The notes below the pieces were generated by a model that ran no database searches, was not told where the DNA came from, and was given only the letters and a program-made list of their open reading frames with translations. Source: the human T2T-CHM13v2.0 reference genome, Homo sapiens. From it: a DNA stretch of 64,000 nucleotides. The position numbers and the translations under genes were made by a program. Shown piece after piece: positions 46,801-62,600 of this stretch (the stretch's first letter is position 1; each line of letters begins with the position of its first letter). Location: assembly GCA_009914755.4 (NCBI GenBank), contig CP068257.2:1440001-1504000 (forward strand), given 5' to 3'.

Positions 46801-49800
46801 TATATTATATACTGTACATGAAATATCAAAGTTCACAAACTATATATTATATACTGTACATAATATATCAAAGTACCCAAGTTATATATTCTATACTGTA
46901 CAAAAAATATCAAAGTACCCAAAGCATGTATTATATACTGTACATAAAATATGAAAGTACATCAAATATATATTTTATTCTGTACATAAAATATCAAGGT
47001 ACACCAGATATATATTCTATAGTGTACATAAAATAACAAAGTACACAAACTATAAATTATATACTGTACATAAAATATGAAATTACATCAAATATATATT
47101 AGGTACATAAAATATGAAAGTTCATCAAATATAGATTATATACTGTACATAAAATATCAATGTACCCCAAATATATATCTTATACTCTACATGAAATATC
47201 AAAGTTCACAAACCATATATTGTATACTGTACATAAAATATCAAAGTACCCAAGGTATGTATTCTATACTGTACAAAAAATATCAAAGTACCCAAAGCAT
47301 GTATTACATACTGAACATTAAATATGAAAGTACATCAAATATATATTTTATTCTGTACATAAAATATCAAAGTACACCAGATATATATTCTATAGTGTAC
47401 ATAAAATATCAAAGTACCCAAACTATACATTATATACTGTAAATAAAATATGAAATTACATCAAATATATTTTATATTAGGTACCTAAAATATGAAAGTA
47501 CATCAAATATAGATTATATACTGTGCATTAAATACCAAAGTACCCGAAATATATATTTTATACTGTACATGAAATATCAAAGTTCACAATCTATATATTA
47601 TATACTGTACATAAATTATCAAAGTACCCAAGGTGTATATTCTATACTCTACAAAAAATATCAAAGTACCCAAAGCATGTATTATATACTGTACATAAAA
47701 TATGAAAGTACATCAAATATATATTTTATTCTGTACATAAAATATCAAAGTACACCAGATATATATTCTATAGTGTACATAAAATATCAAAGTACCCAAA
47801 CTATACATTATATACTGTACATAAAATATGAAATTACATCAAATATATTTTATATTAGGTACAAAAAATATGAAAGTACATAAAATATAGATTATATACT
47901 GTACATTAAATACGAAAGTACCCCAAATATATATTTTATACTGTACATGAAATATCAAAGTTCACAAACTATATATTATATACTGTACAAATAATATCAA
48001 AGTACCCAAGGTATATATTCTATACTGTACCAAAAATAACAAAGTACCAAAAGCATGTATTATATACTGTACCTAAAATATGAATGTACATCAAATATAT
48101 ATTTTATTCTGTACATAAAATATCAAAGTACACCAGATATATATTCTATAGTGTACATAAAATATCAAAGTACCCAAACTATACATTATATACTGTACAT
48201 AAAATATGAAATTACATCAAATATATATTATATTAGGTACATAAAATATGAAAGTACATCAAATATAGATTATATACTGTACATAAAATATCAAGGTACC
48301 CCACATATATATTATATACTCTACATGAAATATCAAAGTTCACAAACTATATATTATATACTGTACATAAAATATCAAAGTACCCAAGGTATATATTCCA
48401 TACTGCACAAAAAATTTCAAAGTACCCAAAGCATGTATTATATACTGTATATAAAATATGAAAGTACATCAAATATATATTTTATTCTGTACATAAAATA
48501 TCAAAGTACACCAGATATATATTCTATAGTGTACATAAAATAACAAAGTACACAAACTATAAATTATATACTGTACATAAAATATGAAATTACATCAAAT
48601 ATATATTAGGTACATAAAATATGAAAGTACATCAAATATAGATTATATACTGTACATAAAATATCAATGTACCCCAAATATATATTTTATACTCTACATG
48701 AAATATCAAAGTTCACAAACTATATATTATATACTATACATAAAATATCAAAGTACCCAAGGTATATATTCTATACTATACAAAAAGTATCAAAGTACCC
48801 AAAGCATGTATTATATACTGTACATAAAATATGAAAGTACATCAAATATATATTTTATTCTGTACATAAAATATCAAAGTACACCAGATATATATTCTAT
48901 AGTGTACATAAAATATCAAAGTACCCAAACTATACATTATATACTGTACATAAAATATGAAATTACATCAAATATATTTTATATTAGGTACATAAAATAT
49001 GAAAGTACATCAAATATAGATTATATACTGTACATTAAATACCAAAGTACCCCAAATATATATTTTATACTGTACATGAAATATCAAAGTTCACAAACTA
49101 TATATTATATACTGTACATATAATATTAAAGTACCCAAGGTATATATTCTATACTGTACAAAAAATAACAAAGTACCAAAAGCATGTATAATATACTGTA
49201 CATAAAATATGAAAGTACATCAAATATATATTTTATTCTGTACATAAAATATCAAAGTACACCAGATATATATTCTATAGTGTACATAAAATATCAAAGT
49301 ATCCAAACTATACATTATATACTGTACATAAAATATGAAATTACATCAAATATATATTATATTAGGTACAGAAAATATGAAAGTACATCAAATATAGATT
49401 ATATAGTGTACATAAAATACCAAAGTACCCCAAATATATATATTATACTGTACATGAAATATCAAAGTTCACAAACTATATATTATATACTGTACATAAA
49501 ATATCAATGTACCCAAGGTATATATTCTATACTGTACAAAAAATATCAAAGTACCCAAAGCATGTATTATATACTGTACATAAAATATGAAAGTACATCA
49601 AATATATATTTTATTCTGTAAATACAATATCAAAGTACACCAAATATATATTCTATACTGTACATAGAATATCAAAGAACCCAAACTATACATTATATAC
49701 TGTACATAAAATATGAAATTACATCAAATATATTTTATATTAGGTACATAAAATATGAAAGTACATCAAATATAGATTATATGCTGTACATAAAATAAAA

Positions 49801-50644
49801 AAGTACCCAAATATATATTATATACTGTACATGAAATACCAAAGTTCACAAACTATATATTATATACTGTACATAAAATATCAATGTACCCAAGGTATAT
49901 ATTCTATACTGTACAAATAATATCAAAGTACCCAAAGCATGTATTATATACTGTACATAAAATATGAAATTACATCAAATATATATTTTATTCTGTACAC
50001 AAAATGTCAAAGTACACCAAATATATATTGTATAGTGTACATAAAATATCAAAGTACCCAAGCTATACATTATATACTGTAAATAAAATATGAAATTACA
50101 TCAAACCTATATTATAATAGGTACATAAATTATGAAAGTACATCAAATATAGATTATATACTGTACATAAAATACCAAAGTACCCCAAATATATATTTTA
50201 TACTGTACATGAAATATCAAAGTTGACAAACTATATATTATATACTGTACATAAAATATCAATGTACCCAAGGTACATATTCTATACTGTACAAAAAATA
50301 TCAAAGTACCCAAAGCATGTATTATATACTGTATATAAAATATGAAAGTACATCAAATATATATTTTATTCTGTACATAAAATATCAAAGTACACCAAAT
50401 ATATATTCTATACTGTACATAAAATATCAAAGTACCCAAACTATACATTATATACTGTACATAAAATATGAACTTACATCAAATATATATTATATTAGGT
50501 ACATAAAATATGAAAGTACATCAAATATAGATTATATACTGTACATAAAATATCAAAGTACCCAAATATATATTATATACTGTACATGAAATATCAAAGT
50601 TCACAAACTATATATTATATACTGTACATAAAATATCAATGTAC

Positions 50645-53600
50645 CCAAGGTATATATTCTATACTGTACAAAAAATATCAAAGTACCCAAAGCATGTATT
50701 ATATACTGTACATAAAATATGAATGTACATCAAATACATATTTTATTCTGTACATAAAATATCAAAGTACACCAAATATGTATTCTATAGTGTACATAAA
50801 ATATCAAATTACCCAAACTATACATAACATACTGTACATAAAATATGAAATTACATCAAATATATATTATATTAGGTACATAAAATATGAAAGTAACCCA
50901 AATATATATTATATACTGTACATGTAATATCAAAGTTCACAAACTATATATTATATACTGTACATAAAATATCAAAGTACCCAAGGTATATATTCTATAC
51001 TGTATAAAAAACATCAAAGTACCCAAAGCATGTATTATATACTGTACATAAAATATGAAACTACATCAAATATATATTTTATTCTGTACAAAAAATATCA
51101 AAGTACACCAGACATATTTTCTATAGTGTACATAAAATATCAAAGTACCCAAAGCATGTATTATATACTGTACATAAAATATGAAAGTACATCAAATATA
51201 TATTTTATTCTGTACATAAAATATCAAAGTACACCAGATATATATTCTATAGTGTACATAAAATACCAAAAGTACCCAAACTATACATTATATACTGTAC
51301 ATAAAATATGAAATTACATCAAATATATTTTATATTAGGTACATAAAATATGAAAGTACATCAAATATAGATTATATACTGTACATTAAATACCAAAGTA
51401 CCCCAAATATATATTTTATACTGTACATGTAATATCAAAGTTCACACACTATATATTATATACTGTACATAAAATATCAAAGTACACAAGGTATATATTC
51501 TATACTGTACAAAAAATATCAAAGTACCCAAAGCATGTATTACATACTGTATACAAAATATGAAAATACATTAAATATATATTTTATTCTGTACATAAAA
51601 TATCAAAGTACACCAGATATGTATTCTATAGTGTACATAAAATAACAAAGTACACAAACTATAAATTATATACTGTACATAAAATATGAAATTACATCAA
51701 ATATATATTAGGTACATAAAATATGAAAGTACATCAAATATAGATTATATACTGTACATATAATATCAATGTACCCCAAATATATATTTTATACTCTACA
51801 TGAAATATCAAAGTTCACAAACCATACATTATATACTGTACATAAAATATCAAAGTACCCAAGGTATATATTCTATACTGTACCAAAAATATCAAAGTAC
51901 CCAAAGCATGTATTATATACTGTACATAAAATATGAAAGTACATCAAATATATATTTTATTCTGTACATAAAATATCAAAGTACACCAGATATATATTCT
52001 GTAGTGTACATAAAATATCAAAGTACCCAAACTATACAGTATATACTGTACATAAAATATGAAATTACATCAAATATATATGAGGTACATAAAACATGAA
52101 AGTATATCAAATATAGATTATATACTGTACATATAATATCAATGAACCCCAAATATATATTTTATACTCTACATGAAATATCAAAATTCACAAACCATAT
52201 ATTATATACTGTACATAAAATATCAAAGTACCCAAGGTATATATTCTATACTGTACAAAAAATATCAAAGTACCCAAAGCATGTATTATATACTGTACAT
52301 AAAATATGAAAGTACATCAAATATATATTTTATTCTGTACATAAAATATCAAAGTACACCAGATATATATTCTATAGTGTACATAAAATATCAAAGTACC
52401 CAAACTATACATTATATACTGTACATAAAATATGAAATTACATCAAATATATATTATATTAGGTACATAAAATATGAAAGCACATCAAATATAGATTATA
52501 TACTGTACATTAAATACCAAAGTACCCCAAATATATATTTTATACTGTACATCAAATATCAAAGTTCACAAACTATATATTATATACTGTACATAAAATA
52601 TCAAAGTACCCAAGGTATATATTCTATACTGCACAAAAAATATCAAAGTACCCAAAGCATGTATTATATACTGTACATAAAATATGAAAGTACATCAAAT
52701 ATATATTTTATTCTGTACATAAAACATCAAAGTACACCAGATATATATTCTATAGCGTACATAAAATATCAAAGTACCCAAACTATACATTATACACTGT
52801 ACATAAAATATGAAATTACATCAAATATATATTATATTAGGTACATAAAATATGAAAGTACATCAAATATAGATTATATACTGCACATAAAATATCAAAG
52901 TACCCCAAATATATATTATATACTCTACATGAAATATCAAAGTTCACAAACTATATATTATATACTGTACATAAAATATCAAAGTACCCAAGGTATATAT
53001 TCTATACTTTACAAAAAATATCAAAGTATCCAAAGCATGTATTATATACTGTATATAAAATATGAAAGTACATCAAATATATATTTTATTCTGTACATAA
53101 AATATCAAAGTACACCAGATATATATTCTATAGTGTACATAAAATAACAAAGTACACAAACTATAAATTATATACTGTACATAAAATATGAAATTTCATC
53201 AAATATATATTATATTAGGTACAGAAAATATGAAAGTACATCAAATATAGATTGTATACTGTACATAAAATACCAAAGTACCCCAAATATATATATTATA
53301 CTGTACATGAAATATCAAAGTTCACAAACCATATATTATATACTGTACATAAAATATCAAAGTACCCAAGGTATATATTCTATACTGTACAAAAAATATC
53401 AAAGTACCCAAAGCATGTATTATATACTGTACATAAAATATGAAACTACATCAAATATATATTTTATTCTGGACAAAAAATATCAAAGTACACCAGACAT
53501 ATTTTCTATAGTGTACATAAAATATCAAAGTACCCAAAGCATGTATTATATACTGTACATAAAATATGAAAGTACATCAAATATATATTTTATTCTGTAC

Positions 53601-56600
53601 ATAAAATATCAAAGTACACCAGATATATATTCTATAGTGTACATAAAATATCAAAAGTACCCAAACTATACATTATATACTGTACATAAAATATGAACTT
53701 ACATCAAATATATATTATATTAGGTACATAAAATATGAAAGTACATCAAATATAGATTATATACTGTACATTAAATACCAAAGTACCCCAAATATATATT
53801 TTATACTCTACATGTAATATCAAAGTTCACACACTATATATTATATACTGTACATAAAATATCAAAGTACCCAAGGTATATATTCTATACTGTACAAAAA
53901 ACATCAAAGTACCCAAAGCATGTATTATATACTGTACATAAAATATGAAAGTACATCAAATATATATTTTATTCTGTACATAAAATATCAAAGTACACCA
54001 GATATATATTCTATAGTGTATATAAAATATCAAAGTACCCAAACTATACATTATATACTGTACATAAAATATGAAATTACATCAAATATATATTATATTA
54101 GGTACATAAAATATGAAAGTACATCAAATATAGATTATATACTGTACATAAAATATCAAAGTACCCCAAAGATATATTATATACTCTACATGAAATATCA
54201 AAGTTCACAAACTATATATTATATACTGTACATAAAATATCAAAGTACCCAAGGTATATATTCTATACTGTACAAAAAATATCAAAGTATCCAAAGCATG
54301 TATTATATACTGTATATAAAATATGAAAGTACATCAAATATATATTTTATTCTGTACATAAAATATCAAAGTACACCAGATATATATTCTATAGTGTACA
54401 TAAAATAACAAAGTACACAAACTATAAATTATATACTGTACATAAAATATGAAATTTCATCAAATATATATTATATTAGGTACAGAAAATATGAAAGTAC
54501 ATCAAATATAGATTGTATACTGTACATAAAATACCAAAGTACCCCAAATATATATATTATACTGTACATGAAATATCAAAGTTCACAAACCATATATTAT
54601 ATACTGTACATAAAATATCAAAGTACCCAAGGTATATATTCTATACTGTACAAAAAATATCAAAGTACCCAAAGCATGTATTATATACTGTACATAAAAT
54701 ATGAAACTACATCAAATATATATTTTATTCTGGACAAAAAATATCAAAGTACACCAGACATATTTTCTATAGTGTACATAAAATATCAAAGTACCCAAAG
54801 CATGTATTATATACTGTACATAAAATATGAAAGTACATCAAATATATATTTTATTCTGTACATAAAATATCAAAGTACACCAGATATATATTCTATAGTG
54901 TACATAAAATATCAAAAGTACCCAAACTATACATTATATACTGTACATAAAATATGAACTTACATCAAATATATATTATATTAGGTACATAAAATATGAA
55001 AGTACATCAAATATAGATTATATACTGTACATTAAATATCAAAGTACCCCAAATATATATTTTATACTCTACATGTAATATCAAAGTTCACACACTATAT
55101 ATTATATACTGTACATAAAATATCAAAGTACCCAAGGTATATATTCTATACTGTACAAAAAACATCAAAGTACCCAAAGCATGTATTATATACTGTACAT
55201 AAAATATGAAAGTACATCAAATATATATTTTATTCTGTACATAAAATATCAAAGTACACCAGATATATATTCTATAGTGTATATAAAATATCAAAGTACC
55301 CAAACTATACATTATATACTGTACATAAAATATGAAATTACATCAAATATATATTATATTAGGTACATAAAATATGAAAGTACATCAAATATAGATTATA
55401 TACTGTACATAAAATATCAAAGTACCCCAAAGATATATTATATACTCTACATGAAATATCAAAGTTCACAAACTATATATTATATACTGTACATAAAATA
55501 TCAAAGTACCCAAGGTATATATTCTATACTGTACAAAAAATATCAAAGTACCCAAAGCATGTATTATATACTGTATATAAAATATGAAAGTACATCAAAT
55601 ATATATTTTATTCTGTACATAAAATATCAAAGTACACCAGATATATATTCTATAGTGTACATAAAATAACAAAGTACACAAACTATAAATTATATACTGT
55701 ACATAAAATATGAAATTACATCAAATATATATTAGGTACATAAAATATGAAAGTACATCAAATATAGATTATATACTGTACATATAATATCAATGTACCC
55801 CAAATATATATTTTATACTCTACATGAAATATCAAAGTTCACAAACCATATATTATATACTGTACATAAAATATCAAAGTACCCAAGGTATATATTCTAT
55901 ACTATACAAAAAATATCAAAGTACCCAAAGCATGTATTATATACTGTACATAAAATATGAAAGTACATCAAATATATATTTTATTCTTTACATAATATAT
56001 CAAAGTACACCAGATATATATTCTATAGTGTACATAAAATATAAAAGTACCAAAACTATACATTATATACTGTACATAAAATATGAAATTACATCAAATA
56101 TATATTATATTAGGTACATAAAATATGAAAGTACATCAAATATAGATTATATACTGTACATAAAATATCAAAGTACCCGAAATATATATTATATACTCTA
56201 CATGAAATATCAAAGTTCACAAACTATATATTATATACTGTACATAAAATATCAAAGTACCCAAGGTATATATTCTGTAATGTACAAAAAATATCAAAGT
56301 ATCCAAAGCATGTATTATACACTGTATATAAAATATGAAATTACATTAAATATATATTTTATTCTGTACATAAAATATCAAAGTACACCAGATATATATT
56401 CTATAGTGTCTATAAAATTACAAAATACACAAACTATAAATTATATACTGTACATAAAATATGAAATTACATCAAATATATATTAGGTACATAAAATATG
56501 AAAGTACATCAAATATAGATTATATACTGTACATATAATATCAATGTACCCCAAATATATATTTTATACTCTACATGAAATATCAAAGTTCACAAACCAT

Positions 56601-59600
56601 ACATTATATACTGTACATAAAATATCAAATTACCCAAGGTATATATTCTATACTGTACAAAAAATATCAAAGTACCCAAAGCATGTATTATATACTGTAC
56701 ATAAAATATGAAAGTACATCAAATATATATTTTATTCTGTACATAAAATATCAAAGTACACCAGATATATATTCTATAGTGTACATAAAATATCAAATTA
56801 CCCAAACTATACATTATATACTGTACATAAAATATGAAATTACATCAAATATATATTATATTAGGTACATAAAATATGAAAGTACATCAAATATAGATTA
56901 TATACTGTACATAAAATATCAAAGTACCCAAATATATATTATATACTCTACATGAAATATCAAAGTTCACAAACTATATATTATATACTATACATAAAAT
57001 ATCAAAGTACCCAAGGTATATATTCTATACTGTACAAAAAATATCAAAGTACCCAAAGCATGTATTATATACTGTACATAAAATATGAAAGTACATCAAA
57101 TATATATTTTATTCTGTACATAAAATATCAAAGTACACCAGATATATATTCTATAGTGTACATAAAATAACAAAGTACACAAACTATAAATTATATACTG
57201 TACATAAAATATGAAATTACATCAAATATATATTAGGTACATAAAATATGAAAGTACATCAAATATAGATTATATACTGTACATAAAATATCAAAGTACC
57301 CCAAATATATATTATATACTGTACATGAAATATCAAAGTTCACAAACTATATATTATATACTGTACATAAAATATCAAAGTACCCGAGGTATATATTCTA
57401 TACTGTACAAAAAATATCAAAGTACCCAAAACATGTATTATATACTGTACATAAAATATGAAAGTACATCAAATATATATTTTATTCTGTACATAAAATA
57501 TCAAAGTACACCAGATATATATTCTATAGTGTACATAAAATAACAAAGTACACAAACGATAAATTATATACTGTACATAAAATATGACATTACATCAAAT
57601 ATATATTAGGTACATAAAATATGAAAGTACATCAAATATAGATTATATACTGTACATAAAATATCAATGTACCCCAAATATATATTTTATACTCTACATG
57701 AAATATCAAAGTTCACAAACCATATATTATATACTGTACATATAATATCAAAGTACCCAAGGTATATATTCTATACAGTACAAAAAATATCAAAGTACCC
57801 AAAGCATGTATTTTATACTGTACATAAAATATGAAACTACATCAAATATATATTTTATTCTGGACAAAAAATATCAAAGTACACCAGACATATTTTCTAT
57901 AGTGTACATAAAATATCAAAGTACCCAAAGCATGTATTATATACTGTACATAAAATATGAAAGTACATCAAATATATATTTTATTCTGTACATAAAATAT
58001 CAAAGTACACCAGATATATATTCTATAGTGTACATAAAATATCAAAAGTACCCAAACTATACATTATATACTGTACATAAAATATGAACTTACATCAAAT
58101 ATATATTATATTAGGTACATAAAATATGAAAGTACATCAAATATAGATTATATACTGTACATTAAATACCAAAGTACCCCAAATATATATTTTATACTGT
58201 ACATGTAATATCAAAGTTCACACACTATATATTATATACTGTACATAAAATATCAAAGTACCCAAGGTATATATTCTATACTGTACAAAAAACATCAAAG
58301 TACCCAAAGCATGTATTATATACTGTACATAAAATATGAAAGTACATCAAATATATATTTTATTCTGTACATAAAATATCAAAGTACACCAGATATATAT
58401 TCTATAGTGTATATAAAATATCAAAGTACCCAAACTATAAATTATATACTGTACATAAAATATGAAATTACATCAAATATATATTATATTAGGAACATAA
58501 AATATGAAAGTACATCAAATATAGATTATATACTGTACATAAAATATCAAAGTACCCCAAAGATATATTATATACTCTACATGAAATATCAAAGTTCACA
58601 AACTATATATTATATACTGTACATAAAATATCAAAGTACCCAAGGTATATATTCTATACTGTACAAAAAATATCAAAGTACCCAAAGCATGTATTATATA
58701 CTGTATATAAAATATGAAAGTACATCAAATATATATTTTATTCTGTACATAAAATATCAAAGTACACCAGATATATATTCTATAGTGTACATAAAATAAC
58801 AAAGTACACAAACTATAAATTATATACTGTACGTAAAATATGAAATTACATCAAATATATATTAGGTACATAAAATATGAAAGTACATCAAATATAGATT
58901 ATATACTGTACATATATTATCAATGTACCCCAAATATATATTTTATACTCTACATGAAATATCAAAGTTCAGAAACCATATATTATATACTGTACATAAA
59001 ATATCAAAGTACCCAAGGTATATATTCTATACTGTACAAAAAATATCAAAGTACCCAAAGCATGTATTATATACTGTACATAAAATATGAAAGCACATCA
59101 AATATATATTTTATTCTGTACATAAAACATCAAAGTACACCAGATATATATTCTATACTGTACAAAAAATATCAAAGTACCCAAAGCATGTATTATATAC
59201 TGTACATAAAATATGAAATTACATCAAATATATATTATATTAGGTACATAAAATATGAAAGCACATCAAATATAGATTATATACTGTACATTAAATACCA
59301 AAGTAACACAAATATATATTTTATACTGTACATCAAATATCAAAGTTCACAAACTATATATTATATACTGTACATAAAATATCAAAGTACCCAAGGTATG
59401 TATTCTATACTGTATAAAAAATATCAAAGTACCCAAAGCATGTATTATATACTGTACATAAAATATGAAAGTACATCAAATATATATTTTATTCTGTACA
59501 TAAAATATCAAAGTACACCAGATATATATTCTATAGTGTACATAAAATATCAAAGTACCCAAACTATACATTATATACTGTACATAAAATATGAGATTAC

Positions 59601-62600
59601 ATCAAATATATATAATATTAGCTACATAAAATATGAAAGTACATCAGATATAGATTATATACTGTACAAAAAATATCAAAGTACCCCAAATATATATTAT
59701 ATTCTCTACATGAAATATCAAAGTTCACAAACTATATATTATATACTGTACATAAAATATCAAAGTACCCATGGTATATATTCTATACTGTACAAAAAAT
59801 ATCAAAGTACCCAAAGCATGTATTATATACTGTATACAAAATATGAAAATACATTAAATATATATTTTATTCTGTACATAAAATATCAAAGTACACCAGA
59901 TATGTATTCTATAGTGTACATAAAATAACAAAGTACACAAACTATAAATTATATACTGTACGTAAAATATGAAATTACATCAAATATATATTAGGTACAT
60001 AAAATATGAAAGTACATCAAATATAGATTATATACTGTACATATAATATCAATGTACCCCAAATATATATTTTATACTCTACATGAAATATCAAAGTTCA
60101 CAAACCATACATTATATACTGTACATAAAATATCAAAGTACCCAAGGTATATATTCTATACTGTACGAAAAATATCAAAGTACCCAAAGCATGTATTATA
60201 TACTGTACATAAAATATGAAAGTACATCAAATATATATTTTATTCTGTACATAAAATATCAAAGTACACCAGATATATATTCTATAGTGTACATAAAATA
60301 TCAAAGTACCCAAACTATACATTATATACTGTACATAAAATATGAAATTACATCAAATATATATTAGGTACATAAAATATGAAAGTATATCAAATATAGA
60401 TTATATACTGTACATATAATATCAATGTACCCCAAATATATATTTTATACTCTACATGAAATATCAAAATTCACAAACTATATATTATATACTGTACATA
60501 AAATATCAAAGTACCCAAGTTATATATTCTATACTGTACAAAAAATATCAAAGTACCCAAAGCATGTTTTATATACTGTACATAAAATATGAAAGTACAT
60601 CAAATATATATTTTATTCTGTAAATAAAATATCAAAGTACACCAGATATATATTCTATAGTGTACATAAAATATCAATGTACCCAAACTATACATTATAT
60701 ACTGTACATAAAATATGAAATTACATCAAATATATATTATATTAGGTACATAAAATATGAAAGCACATCAAATATAGATTATATACTGTACATTAAATGC
60801 CAAAGTACCCCAAATATATATTTTATACTGTACATCAAATATCAAAGTTCACAAACTATATATTATATACTGTACATAAAATATCAAAGTACCCAAGGTA
60901 TATATTCTATACTGTACAAAAAATATCAAAGTATCCAAAGCATGTATTATATACTTTATATAAAATATGAAAGTACGTCAAATATATATTTTATTCTGTA
61001 CATAAAATATCAAAGTACACCAGATATATATTCTATAGTGTACATAAAATAACAAAGTACACAAACTATAAATTATATACTGTACATAAAATATGAAATT
61101 ACATCAAATATATATTAGGTACATAAAATATGAAAGTACATCAAATATAGATTATATACTGTACATATAATATCAATGTACCCCAAATATATATTTTATA
61201 CTCTACATGAAATATCAAAGTTCACAAACCATATATTATATACTGTACATAAAATATCAAAGTACCCAAGGTATATATTCTATACTATACAAAAAGTGTC
61301 AAAGTACCCAAAGCATGTATTATATACTGTACCTAAAATATGAAAGTACATCAAATATATATTTTATTCTGTACATAAAATATCAAAGTACACCAGATAT
61401 ATATTCTATACTGTACATAAAATATCAAAGTACCCAAACTATATATTATATACTGTACATAAAATATGAAATTACATCAAATATATTTTATATTAGGTAC
61501 ATAAAATATGAAAGTACATCAAATATAGATTATATACTGTACATTAAATACCAAAGTACCCCAAATATATATTTTATACTGTACATAAAATATCAAAGTT
61601 CACAAACTATATATTATATACTGTACATATAATATCAAAGTACCCAGGGTATATATTCTATACTGTACAAAAAATAACAAAGTACCAAAAGCATGTATAA
61701 TATACTGTACATAAAATTTGAAAGTACATCAAATATATATTTTATTCTGTACATAAAATATCAAAGTACACCCGATATATATTCTATAGTGTACATAAAA
61801 TATCAAAGTACCCAAACTATACATTATATACCGTACATAAAATATGAAATTACATCAAATATATATTAGGTTCATAAAATATGAAAGTACATCAAATATA
61901 GATTATATACTGTACATTAAATACCAAAGTACCCCAAATATATATTTTATACTCTACATGAAATATCAAAGTTCACAAACTATATATTATATACTGTACA
62001 TATAATATCAAAGTACCCAAGGTATATATTCTATACTGTACAAAAAATAACAAAGTACCAAAAGCATGTATAATATACTGTACATAAAATATGAAAGTAC
62101 ATCAAATATATATTTTATTCTGTACATAAAATATCAAAGTACACCAGATATATATTCTATAGTGTACATAAAATATCAAAGTACCCAAACTATACATTAT
62201 ATACTGTAAATAAAATATGAAATTACATCAAATATATTTTATATTAGGTACCTAAAATATGAAAGTACATCAAATATAGATTATATACTGTACATTAAAT
62301 ACCAAAGTACCCCAAATATATATTTTATACTGTACATGAAATATCAAAGTTCACAAACTATATATTATATACTGTACATAAATTATCAAAGTACCCAAGG
62401 TATATATTCTATACTGTACAAAAAATATCAAAGTACCCAAAGCATGTATTATATACTGTACATAAAATATGAAAGTACATCAAATATATATTTTATTCTG
62501 TACATAAAATATCAAAGTACACCAGATATATATTTTATAGTGTACATAAAATAACGAAGTACCCAAACTATAAATTATATACTGTACATAAAATATGAAA

